Part shown: in pieces, positions 39,080 to 52,100 of the stretch
How the letters are laid out: each line of letters opens with the position of its first letter
Position numbering within the stretch: position 1 is the first letter of the stretch
Source of the DNA: the human T2T-CHM13v2.0 reference genome, Homo sapiens
DNA: 64,000 bases
Reading direction: 5' to 3' (one strand)
Assembly: GCF_009914755.1 (NCBI RefSeq)
Contig: NC_060947.1
The notes under the pieces: model-generated
Database searches by the model: none
What the model saw: the letters and a program-made list of their open reading frames with translations, nothing else
Told to the model about the DNA's origin: nothing
Position numbers and translations under genes: made by a program

Positions 39080-42000
39080 AAGAGTGATTCCAATCTGCTC
39101 TATCAATAGGATTGTTCAACTCCATGAGTTGAATGCCATCCTCACAAAGTCGTTTCTGAGAATGCTTCTATCTAGTTTTTATGTGAAGATATTTCCTTTT
39201 CCACCACAGGCCTCAAAGCCCTCCAAACGTCCAGTTGCAGATTCTCGCAAAAGAGTGTTTCGTAGCTGCTCTTTCAAAAGGAAAGTTCAACTCTGGGAGG
39301 TGAATACAAACATCACAAAGTAGTTTCCGAGAATGCTTCTGTTTAGTTCTTATGTGAAGATGATCCCGTTTCCAGTGAAATCTTCAAAGAGGTCCACATA
39401 TCCCCTTGCAGATTCCAAAGAAAGAGGGTTTCAAAACTGCTCCATCAAAAGGATTGTTCAACTCTGTGAGTTGAATGCAGTCATCGCAGAAAACTTTCTG
39501 AGAATGCTTCTGTCTAGGTTTGATGTGAAGATATAGACGTTTCAAACGAAGGCTACAAAGTGGTCAAAATATACACTTGCAGATTCTACTACAAGGGTGT
39601 TGCAAACCTCAACTATCAAAGGAAGGTTTAACTCTGTGAGTTGAATGCAAACATCACAAAGAATGTTCTGAGTTTGCTTCCGTTCAGTTATGGGAAGTTG
39701 ATCCCGTTTCCTACGAAATCCTCAGAGAGGTCCAAATATCCCCTTGCAGATTCTACAAAACGTGTGTTTGGAAACTGCTCCATCATAACGAATGTTCAGC
39801 TCTCTGAGTTAAACTCCATCGTCACAAAGAATTTTCTGAGAGTGCTACCGTCTAGTTTTTATATGAAGTTCTTTCCTTTACTACCACAGGCCTCAAAGCG
39901 GTCCAAATCTCCACTTGCAGATTCTACAAAAAGAGTGTTTGCAAACTGCTCTATCAAAAGGAATGTTCAACTCTGGGAGTTGAATGCAATCATCACAGAG
40001 CAGTTTCTGAGAATGCTTCTATGTCGTTTTTAGGAGAAGATATTTCCTTTTCCAACACAGTCCTCCAAGCCCGCTAAATATCCACTTGCACATTGTAGAA
40101 AAAGGGTGTCGAAGCTGCGCTATCAAAGGGAAAGTTCAACTCTGTGAGGTGAATGCAAACATCCCAAAGAAGTTTCTGAGAATGCTTCCGTTTAGCTTTC
40201 AGGTGAAGATTATCCCGTTTCCAGCGAAACCTTCAAAGAGGTCCAAATATCCCCTTGCAGATCCCACAGAAAGAGTGTTTCGAAACTGCTGTTTCAAAAG
40301 GAATCTTCAACTCTGTGAGTTGAATGCAATCATCACAAAGAAGTTTCTGACAATGCTTCTCTCTCATCTTTCTGTGAAGATAAAGGAAAAGGCTTTCAGG
40401 CCTTTTCCACCACAGGCCTGAAAGCGCTCCAAATGTCCACTTGCAGATTCTGCCAAAAGAATATTTCAAAACTGCTCTATGAAAAGCAATGTTAAACTCT
40501 GCGGCTCGAACACAAACATCACAAAGCAGTTTCTGAGAATGCTTCAGTTTAGTTTTTCTGTGGAAATATTCCCGTTTCCAAAGAAATCTTCAAAGAGGTC
40601 CACGTATCCACTTACAGATTCTACAAAAAGACAGTTTCAAAACTGCTCAATCAAAAGGAGGGTTCAACTGTGTGACTTGAATGCAATCATCACTCAGAAG
40701 TTTCTGAGAATGCTTCTCTTTAGTTTTTACGTGAACATATACCCGTTTCGAACGAAGGCCAGCCAGTGGTCCAAATATCCACTTGCAGATTCTACAGAAA
40801 GAGTGTTTCGAACCTGAACTCTCAAAGGCAGGTTCATCTCTGCGAGTTAAATGCATTCATCATGAAGAACTTTCTCAGAGTGTTTGTGTTTAGTTATGGG
40901 AAATTATTCCCGTTTCCAAAGAAATCCTCAGAGAGGTCCAAATATCCACCTGCAGATTCTACCAAAAGTGTATTTGGAAACTGCTCCATCAAAAGGCATG
41001 TTCAGCTCTGTGAGTGAAACTCCATCATCACAAAGTATATTCTGAGAATGCTTCCGTTTGCCTTTTATATGAAGTTCCTTCCTATACTACTGTAGGCCTC
41101 AAAGCAGTCCAAATCTCCATTTGCAGATTCTACAAAAAGAGTGATTCCAATCTGCTCTATCAATAGGATTGTTCAACTCCATGAGTTGAATGCCATCCTC
41201 ACAAAGTCGTTTCTGAGAATGCTTCTATCTAGTTTTTATGTGAAGATATTTCCTTTTCCACCACAGGCCTCAAAGCCCTCCAAACGTCCACTTGCAGATT
41301 CTCGCAAAAGAGTGTTTCGTAGCTGCTCTTTCAAAAGGAAAGTTCAACTCTGGGAGGTGAATACAAACATCACAAAGTAGTTTCCGAGAATGCTTCTGTT
41401 TAGTTCTTATGTGAAGATGATCCCGTTTCCAGTGAAATCTTCAAAGAGGTCCACATATCCCCTTGCAGATTCCAAAGAAAGAGGGTTTCAAAACTGCTCC
41501 ATCAAAAGGATTGTTCAACTCTGTGAGTTGAATGCAGTCATCGCAGAAAACTTTCTGAGAATGCTTCTGTCTAGGTTTGATGTGAAGATATAGACGTTTC
41601 AAACGAAGGCTACAAAGTGGTCAAAATATACACTTGCAGATTCTACTACAACGGTGTTGCAAACCTCAACTATCAAAGGAAGGTTTAACTCTGTGAGTTG
41701 AATGCAAACATCACAAAGAATGTTCTGAGTTTGCTTCCGTTCAGTTATGGGAAGTTGATCCCGTTTCCTACGAAATCCTCAGAGAGGTCAAAATATCCCC
41801 TTGCAGATTCTACAAAACGTGTGTTTGGAAACTGCTCCATCATAACGAATGTTCAGCTCTCTGAGTTAAACTCCATCGTCACAAAGAATTTTCTGAGAGT
41901 GCTACCGTCTAGTTTTTATATGAAGTTCTTTCCTTTACTACCACAGGCCTCAAAGCGGTCCAAATCTCCACTTGCAGATTCTACAAAAAGAGTGTTTGCA

Positions 42001-43193
42001 AACTGCTCTATCAAAAGGAATGTTCAACTCTGGGAGTTGAATGCAATCATCACAGAGCAGTTTCTGAGAATGCTTCTATGTCGTTTTTAGGAGAAGATAT
42101 TTCCTTTTCCAACACAGTCCTCCAAGCCCGCTAAATATCCACTTGCACATTGTAGAAAAAGGGTGTCGAAGCTGCGCTATCAAAGGGAAAGTTCAACTCT
42201 GTGAGGTGAATGCAAACATCCCAAAGAAGTTTCTGAGAATGCTTCCGTTTAGCTTTCAGGTGAAGATTATCCCGTTTCCAGCGAAATCTTCAAAGAGGTC
42301 CAAATATCCCCTTGCGGATCCCACAGAAAGAGTGTTTCGAAACTGCTGTTTCAAAAGGAATCTTCAACTCTGTGAGTTGAATGCAATCATCACAAAGAAG
42401 TTTCTGACAATGCTTCTCTCTCATCTTTCTGTGAAGATAAAGGAAAAGGCTTTCAGGCCTTTTCCACCACAGGCCTGAAAGCGCTCCAAATGTCCACTTG
42501 CAGATTCTGCCAAAAGAATATTTCAAAACTGCTCTATGAAAAGCAATGTTAAACTCTGCGGCTCGAACACAAACATCACAAAGCAGTTTCTGAGAATGCT
42601 TCAGTTTAGTTTTTCTGTGGAAATATTCCCGTTTCCAAAGAAATCTTCAAAGAGGTCCACGTATCCACTTACAGATTCTACAAAAAGACAGTTTCAAAAC
42701 TGCTCAATCAAAAGGAGGGTTCAACTGTGTGACTTGAATGCAATCATCACTCAGAAGTTTCTGAGAATGCTTCTCTTTAGTTTTTACGTGAACATATACC
42801 CGTTTCGAACGAAGGCCAGCCAGTGGTCCAAATATCCACTTGCAGATTCTACAGAAAGAGTGTTTCGAACCTGAACTCTCAAAGGCAGGTTCATCTCTGC
42901 GAGTTAAATGCATTCATCATGAAGAACTTTCTCAGAGTGTTTGTGTTTAGTTATGGGAAATTATTCCCGTTTCCAACGAAATCCTCAGAGAGGTCCAAAT
43001 ATCCACCTGCAGATTCTACCAAAAGTGTATTTGGAAACTGCTCCATCAAAAGGCATGTTCAGCTCTGTGAGTGAAACTCCATCATCACAAAGAATATTCT
43101 GAGAATGCTTCCGTTTGCCTTTTATATGAAGTTCCTTCCTTTACTACCGTAGGCCTCAAAGCAGTCCAAATCTCCATTTGCAGATTCTACAAA
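39080..43193 (-). repeat. Adjacent sister HORs U20/U21 (recent single-unit duplication)
   Basis: Only these two units have TCTCGCAAAAGAGTGTTTCGTAG, AAGGTTTAACT, AAAAGGGTGTCG, AGCTTTCAGGTG, TTCCAGCGAAA and CTCTCATCTT. Confidence 0.88.
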
Positions 43194-46100
43194 AAGAGTG
43201 ATTCCAATCTGCTCTATCAATAGGATTGTTCAACTCCATGAGTTGAATGCCATCCTCACAAAGCCGTTTGTGAGAATGCTTCTATCTAGTTTTTATGTGA
43301 AGATATTTCCTTTTCCACCACAGGCCTCAAAGCCCTCCAAACGTCCACTTGCAGATTCTCGAAAAAGAGTGTTTCATAGCTGCTCTTTCAAAAGGAAAGT
43401 TCAACTCTGGGAGGTGAATACAAACATCACAAAGTAGTTTCCGAGAATGCTTCTGTTTAGTTCTTATGTGAAGATGATCCCGTTTCCAGTGAAATCTTCA
43501 AAGAGGTCCACATATCCCCTTGCAGATTCCAAAGAAAGAGGGTTTCAAAACTGCTCCATCAAAAGGATTGTTCAACTCTGTGAGTTGAATGCAGTCATCG
43601 CAGAAAACTTTCTGAGAATGCTTCTGTCTAGGTTTGATGTGAAGATATAGACGTTTCAAACGAAGGCTACAAAGTGGTCAAAATATACACTTGCAGATTC
43701 TACTACAAGGGTGTTGCAAACCTCAAATATCAAAGGAAGGTTCAACTCTGTGAGTTGAATGCAAACATCGCAAAGAATGTTCTGAGTTTGCTTCCGTTCA
43801 CTTATGGGAAGTTGATCCCGTTTCCAACGAAATCCTCAGAGAGGTCCAAATATCCCCTTGCAGATTCTACAAAACGTGTGTTTGGAAACTGCTCCATCAT
43901 AACGAATGTTCAGCTCTCTGAGTTAAACTCCATCGTCACAAAGAATTTTCTGAGAGTGCTACCGTCTAGTTTTTATATGAAGTTCTTTCCTTTACTACCA
44001 CAGGCCTCAAAGCGGTCCAAATCTCCACTTGCAGATTCTACAAAAAGAGTGTTTGCAAACTGCTCTATCAAAAGGAATGTTCAACTCTGGGAGTTGAATG
44101 CAATCATCACAGAGCAGTTTCTGAGAATGCTTCTATGTCGTTTTTAGGAGAAGATATTTCCTTTTCCAACACAGTCCTCCAAGCCCGCTAAATATCCACT
44201 TGCACATTGTAAAAAAACGGTGTCGAAGCTGCGCTATCAAAGGGAAAGTTCAACTCTGTGAGGTGAATGCAAACATCCCAAAGAAGTTTCTGAGAATGCT
44301 TCCGTTTAGCTTTTAGGTGAAGATTATCCCGTTTCCAACGAAACCTTCAAAAAGGTCCAAATATCCACTTGCGGATCCCACAGAAAGAGTGTTTCGAAAC
44401 TGCTGTTTCAAAAGGAATCTTCAACTCTGTGAGTTGAATGCAATCATCACAAAGAAGTTTCTGACAATGCTTCTCTCTCGTCTTTCTGTGAAGATAAAGG
44501 AAAAGGCTTTCAGGCCTTTTCCACCACAGGCCTGAAAGCGCTCCAAATGTCCACATGCAGATTCTGCCAAAAGAATATTTCAAGACTGCTCTATGAAAAG
44601 CAATGTTAAACTCTGCGGCTCGAACACAAACATCACAAAGCAGTTTCTGAGAATGCTTCAGTTTAGTTTTTCTGTGGAAATATTCCCGTTTCCAAAGAAA
44701 TCTTCAAAGAGGTCCATGTATCCACTTACAGATTCTACAAAAAGACAGTTTCAAAACTGCTCAATCAAAAGGAGGGTTCAACTGTGTGACTTGAATGCAA
44801 TCATCACTCAGAAGTTTCTGAGAATGCTTCTCTTTAGTTTTTACGTGAACATATAACCGTTTCGAACGAAGGCCAGCCAGTGGTCCAAATATCCACTTGC
44901 AGATTCTACAGAAAGAGTGTTTCGAACCTGAACTCTCAAAGGCAGGTTCATCTCTGCGAGTTAAATGCATTCATCATGAAGAACTTTCTCAGAGTGTTTG
45001 TGTTTAGTTATGGGAAATTATTCCCGTTTCCAACGAAATCCTCAGAGAGGTCCAAATATCCACCTGCAGATTCTACCAAAAGTGTATTTGGAAACTGCTC
45101 CATCAAAAGGCATGTTCAGCTCTGTGAGTGAAACTCCATCATCACAAAGAATATTCTGAGAATGCTTCCGTTTGCCTTTTATATGAAGTTCCTTCCTATA
45201 CTACCGTAGGCCTCAAAGCAGTCCAAATCTCCATTTGCAGATTCTACAAAAAGAGTGATTCCAATCTGCTCTATCAATAGGATTGTTCAACTCCATGAGT
45301 TGAATGCCATCCTCACAAAGTCGTTTCTGAGAATGCTTCTATCTAGTTTTCATGTGAAGATATTTCCTTTTCCACCACAGGCCTCAAAGCCCTCCAAACG
45401 TCCACTTGCAGATTCTCGAAAAAGAGTGTTTCATAGCTGCTCTTTCAAAAGGAAAGTTCAACTCTGGGAGGTGAATACAAACATCACAAAGTAGTTTCCG
45501 AGAATGCTTCTGTTTAGTTCTTATGTGAAGATGATCCCGTTTCCAGTGTAATCTTCAAAGAGGTCCACATATCCCCTTGCAGATTCCAAAGAAAGAGGGT
45601 TTCAAAACTGCTCCATCAAAAGGATTGTTCAACTCTGTGAGTTGAATGCAGTCATCGCAGAAAACTTTCTGAGAATGCTTCTGTCTAGGTTTGATGTGAA
45701 GATATAGACGTTTCAAACGAAGGCTACAAAGTGGTCAAAATATACACTTGCAGATTCTACTACAAGGGTGTTGCAAACCTCAACTATCAAAGGAAGGTTC
45801 AACTCTGTGAGTTGAATGCAAATATCGCAAAGAATGTTCTGAGTTTGCTTCCGTTCAGTTATGGGAAGTTGATCCCGTTTCCAACGAAATCCTCAGAGAG
45901 GTCCAAATATCCCCTTGCAGATTCTACATAACGTGTGTTTGGAAACTGCTCCATCATAACGAATGTTCAGCTCTCTGAGTTAAACTCCATCGTCACAAAG
46001 AATTTTCTGAGAGTGCTACCGTCTAGTTTTTATATGAAGTTCTTTCCTTTACTACCACAGGCCTCAAAGCGGTCCAAATCTCCACTTGCAGATTCTACAA

Positions 46101-49100
46101 AAAGAGTGTTTGCAAACTGCTCTATCAAAAGGAATGTTCAACTCTGGGAGTTGAATGCAATCATCACAGAGCAGTTTCTGAGAATGCTTCTATGTCGTTT
46201 TTAGGAGAAGATATTTCCTTTTCCAACACAGTCCTCCAAGCCCGCTAAATATCCACTTGCACATTGTAGAAAAAGTGTGTCGAAGCTGCGCTATCAAAGG
46301 GAAAGTTCAACTCTGTGAGGTGAATGCAAACATCCCAAAGAAGTTTCTGAGAATGCTTCCGTTTAGCTTTTAGGTGAAGATTATCCCGTTTCCAACGAAA
46401 CCTTCAAAGAGGTCCAAATATCCCTTGCGGATCCCACAGAAAGAGTGTTTCGAAACTGCTGTTTCAAAAGGAATCTTCAACTCTGTGAGTTGAATGCAAT
46501 CATCACAAAGAAGTTTCTGACAATGCTTCTCTCTCGTCTTTCTGCGAAGATAAAGGAAAAGGCTTTCAGGCCTTTTCCACCACAGGCCTGAAAGCGCTCC
46601 AAATGTCCACTTGCAGATTCTGCCAAAAGAATATTTCAAAACTGCTCTACGAAAAGTAATGTTAAACTCTGCGGCTCGAACACAAACATCACAAAGCAGT
46701 TTCTGAGAATGCTTCAGTTTAGTTTTTCTGTGGAAATATTGCCGTTTCCAAAGAAATCTTCAAAGAGGTCCACGCATCCACTTACAGATTCTACAAAAAG
46801 ACAGTTTCAAAACTGCTCAATCAAAAGGAGGGTTCAACTGTGTGACTTGAATGCAATCATCACTCAGAAGTTTCTGAGAATGCTTCTCTTTAGTTTTCAC
46901 GTGAACATATACCCGTTTCGAACGAAGGCCAGCCAGTGGTCCAAATATCCACTTGCAGATTCTACAGAAAGAGTGTTTCGAACCTGAACTCTCAAAGGCA
47001 GGTTCATCTCTGCGAGTTAAATGCATTCATCATGAAGAACTTTCTCAGAGTGTTTGTGTTTAGTTATGGGAAATTATTCCCGTTTCCAACGAAATCCTCA
47101 GAGAGGTCCAAATATCCACCTGCAGATTCTACCAAAAGTGTATTTGGAAACTGCTCCATCAAAAGGCATGTTCAGCTCTGTGAGTGAAACTCCATCATCA
47201 CAAAGAATATTCTGAGAATGCTTCCGTTTGCCTTTTATATGAAGTTCCTTCCTTTACTACCGTAGGCCTCAAAGCAGTCCAAATCTCCATTTGCAGATTC
47301 TACAAAAAGAGTGATTCCAATCTGCTCTATCAATAGGATTGTTCAACTCCATGAGTTGAATGCCATCCTCACAAAGCCGTTTGTGAGAATGCTTCTATCT
47401 AGTTTTTATGTGAAGATATTTCCTTTTCCACCACAGGCCTCAAAGCCCTCCAAACGTCCACTTGCAGATTCTCGAAAAAGAGTGTTTCATAGCTGCTCTT
47501 TCAAAAGGAAAGTTCAACTCTGGGAGGTGAATACAAACATCACAAAGTAGTTTCTGAGAATGCTTCTGTTTAGTTCTTATGTGAAGATGATCCCGTTTCC
47601 AGTGAAATCTTCAAAGAGGTCCACATATCCCCTTGCAGATTCCAAAGAAAGAGGGTTTCAAAACTGCTCCATCAAAAGGATTGTTCAACTCTGTGAGTTG
47701 AATGCAGTCATCGCAGAAAACTTTCTGAGAATGCTTCTGTCTAGGTTTGATGTGAAGATATAGACGTTTCAAACGAAGGCTACAAAGTGGTCAAAATATA
47801 CACTTGCAGATTCTACTACAAGGGTGTTGCAAACCTCAACTATCAAAGGAAGGTTCAACTCTGTGAGTTGAATGCAAACATCGCAAAGAATGTTCTGAGT
47901 TTGCTTCCGTTCACTTATGGGAAGTTGATCCCGTTTCCAACGAAATCCTCAGAGAGGTCCAAATATCCCCTTGCAGATTCTACAAAACGTGTGTTTGGAA
48001 ACTGCTCCATCATAACGAATGTTCAGCTCTCTGAGTTAAACTCCATCGTCACAAAGAATTTTCTGAGAGTGCTACCGTCTAGTTTTTATATGAAGTTCTT
48101 TCCTTTACTACCACAGGCCTCAAAGCGGTCCAAATCTCCACTTGCAGATTCTACAAAAAGAGTGTTTGCAAACTGCTCTATCAAAAGGAATGTTCAACTC
48201 TGGGAGTTGAATGCAATCATCACAGAGCAGTTTCTGAGAATGCTTCTATGTCGTTTTTAGGAGAAGATATTTCCTTTTCCAACACAGTCCTCCAAGCCCG
48301 CTAAATATCCACTTGCACATTGTAGAAAAAGTGTGTCGAAGCTGCGCTATCAAAGGGAAAGTTCAACTCTGTGAGGTGAATGCAAACATCCCAAAGAAGT
48401 TTCTGAGAATGCTTCCGTTTAGCTTTTAGGTGAAGATTATCCCGTTTCCAACGAAACCTTCAAAGAGGTCCAAATATCCACTTGCGGATCCCACAGAAAG
48501 AGTGTTTCGAAACTGCTGTTTCAAAAGGAATCTTCAACTCTGTGAGTTGAATGCAATCATCACAAAGAAGTTTCTGACAATGCTTCTCTCTCGTCTTTCT
48601 GTGAAGATAAAGGAAAAGGCTTTCAGGCCTTTTCCACCACAGGCCTGAAAGCGCTCCAAATGTCCACATGCAGATTCTGCCAAAAGAATATTTCAAGACT
48701 GCTCTATGAAAAGCAATGTTAAACTCTGCGGCTCGAACACAAACATCAGAAAGCAGTTTCTGAGAATGCTTCAGTTTAGTTTTTCTGTGGAAATATTCCC
48801 GTTTCCAAAGAAATCTTCAAAGAGGTCCATGTATCCACTTACAGATTCTACAAAAAGACAGTTTCAAAACTGCTCAATCAAAAGGAGGGTTCAACTGTGT
48901 GACTTGAATGCAATCATCACTCAGAAGTTTCTGAGAATGCTTCTCTTTAGTTTTTACGTGAACATATAACCGTTTCGAACGAAGGCCAGCCAGTGGTCCA
49001 AATATCCACTTGCAGATTCTACAGAAAGAGTGTTTCGAACCTGAACTCTCAAAGGCAGGTTCATCTCTGCGAGTTAAATGCATTCATCATGAAGAACTTT

Positions 49101-52100
49101 CTCAGAGTGTTTGTGTTTAGTTATGGGAAATTATTCCCGTTTCCAACGAAATCCTCAGAGAGGTCCAAATATCCACCTGCAGATTCTACCAAAAGTGTAT
49201 TTGGAAACTGCTCCATCAAAAGGCATGTTCAGCTCTGTGAGTGAAACTCCATCATCACAAAGAATATTCTGAGAATGCTTCCGTTTGCCTTTTATATGAA
49301 GTTCCTTCCTATACTACCGTAGGCCTCAAAGCAGTCCAAATCTCCATTTGCAGATTCTACAAAAAGAGTGATTCCAATCTGCTCTATCAATAGGATTGTT
49401 CAACTCCATGAGTTGAATGCCATCCTCACAAAGTCGTTTCTGAGAATGCTTCTATCTAGTTTTCATGTGAAGATATTTCCTTTTCCACCACAGGCCTCAA
49501 AGCCCTCCAAACGTCCACTTGCAGATTCTCGAAAAAGAGTGTTTCATAGCTGCTCTTTCAAAAGGAAAGTTCAACTCTGGGAGGTGAATACAAACATCAC
49601 AAAGTAGTTTCCGAGAATGCTTCTGTTTAGTTCTTATGTGAAGATGATCCCGTTTCCAGTGAAATCTTCAAAGAGGTCCACATATCCCCTTGCAGATTCC
49701 AAAGAAAGAGGGTTTCAAAACTGCTCCATCAAAAGGATTGTTCAACTCTGTGAGTTGAATGCAGTCATCGCAGAAAACTTTCTGAGAATGCTTCTGTCTA
49801 GGTTTGATGTGAAGATATAGACGTTTCAAACGAAGGCTACAAAGTGGTCAAAATATACACTTGCAGATTCTACTACAAGGGTGTTGCAAACCTCAACTAT
49901 CAAAGGAAGGTTCAACTCTGTGAGTTGAATGCAAACATCGCAAAGAATGTTCTGAGTTTGCTTCCGTTCACTTATGGGAAGTTGATCCCGTTTCCAACGA
50001 AATCCTCAGAGAGGTCCAAATATCCCCTTGCAGATTCTACAAAACGTGTGTTTGGAAACTGCTCCATCATAACGAATGTTCAGCTCTCTGAGTTAAACTC
50101 CATCGTCACAAAGAATTTTCTGAGAGTGCTACCGTCTAGTTTTTATATGAAGTTCTTTCCTTTACTACCACAGGCCTCAAAGCGGTCCAAATCTCCACTT
50201 GCAGATTCTACAAAAAGAGTGTTTGCAAACTGCTCTATCAAAAGGAATGTTCAACTCTGGGAGTTGAATGCAATCATCACAGAGCAGTTTCTGAGAATGC
50301 TTCTATGTCGTTTTTAGGAGAAGATATTTCCTTTTCCAACACAGTCCTCCAAGCCCGCTAAATATCCACTTGCACATTGTAGAAAAAGTGTGTCGAAGCT
50401 GCGCTATCAAAGGGAAAGTTCAACTCTGTGAGGTGAATGCAAACATCCCAAAGAAGTTTCTGAGAATGCTTCCGTTTAGCTTTTAGGTGAAGATTATCCC
50501 GTTTCCAACGAAACCTTCAAAGAGGTCCAAATATCCACTTGCGGATCCCACAGAAAGAGTGTTTCGAAACTGCTGTTTCAAAAGGAATCTTCAACTCTGT
50601 GAGTTGAATGCAATCATCACAAAGAAGTTTCTGACAATGCTTCTCTCTCGTCTTTCTGTGAAGATAAAGGAAAAGGCTTTCAGGCCTTTTCCACCACAGG
50701 CCTGAAAGCGCTCCAAATGTCCACATGCAGATTCTGCCAAAAGAATATTTCAAGACTGCTCTATGAAAAGCAATGTTAAACTCTGCGGCTCGAACACAAA
50801 CATCACAAAGCAGTTTCTGAGAATGCTTCAGTTTAGTTTTTCTGTGGAAATATTCCCGTTTCCAAAGAAATCTTCAAAGAGGTCCATGTATCCACTTACA
50901 GATTCTACAAAAAGACAGTTTCAAAACTGCTCAATCAAAAGGAGGGTTCAACTGTGTGACTTGAATGCAATCATCACTCAGAAGTTTCTGAGAATGCTTC
51001 TCTTTAGTTTTTACGTGAACATATAACCGTTTCGAACGAAGGCCAGCCAGTGGTCCAAATATCCACTTGCAGATTCTACAGAAAGAGTGTTTCGAACCTG
51101 AACTCTCAAAGGCAGGTTCATCTCTGCGAGTTAAATGCATTCATCATGAAGAACTTTCTCAGAGTGTTTGTGTTTAGTTATGGGAAATTATTCCCGTTTC
51201 CAACGAAATCCTCAGAGAGGTCCAAATATCCACCTGCAGATTCTACCAAAAGTGTATTTGGAAACTGCTCCATCAAAAGGCATGTTCAGCTCTGTGAGTG
51301 AAACTCCATCATCACAAAGAATATTCTGAGAATGCTTCCGTTTGCCTTTTATATGAAGTTCCTTCCTATACTACCGTAGGCCTCAAAGCAGTCCAAATCT
51401 CCATTTGCAGATTCTACAAAAAGAGTGATTCCAATCTGCTCTATCAATAGGATTGTTCAACTCCATGAGTTGAATGCCATCCTCACAAAGTCGTTTCTGA
51501 GAATGCTTCTATCTAGTTTTCATGTGAAGATATTTCCTTTTCCACCACAGGCCTCAAAGCCCTCCAAACGTCCACTTGCAGATTCTCGAAAAAGAGTGTT
51601 TCATAGCTGCTCTTTCAAAAGGAAAGTTCAACTCTGGGAGGTGAATACAAACATCACAAAGTAGTTTCCGAGAATGCTTCTGTTTAGTTCTTATGTGAAG
51701 ATGATCCCGTTTCCAGTGAAATCTTCAAAGAGGTCCACATATCCCCTTGCAGATTCCAAAGAAAGAGGGTTTCAAAACTGCTCCATCAAAAGGATTGTTC
51801 AACTCTGTGAGTTGAATGCAGTCATCGCAGAAAACTTTCTGAGAATGCTTCTGTCTAGGTTTGATGTGAAGATATAGACGTTTCAAACGAAGGCTACAAA
51901 GTGGTCAAAATATACACTTGCAGATTCTACTACAAGGGTGTTGCAAACCTCAACTATCAAAGGAAGGTTCAACTCTGTGAGTTGAATGCAAATATCGCAA
52001 AGAATGTTCTGAGTTTGCTTCCGTTCTGTTATGGGAAGTTGATCCCGTTTCCAACGAAATCCTCAGAGAGGTCCAAATATCCCCTTGCAGATTCTACATA

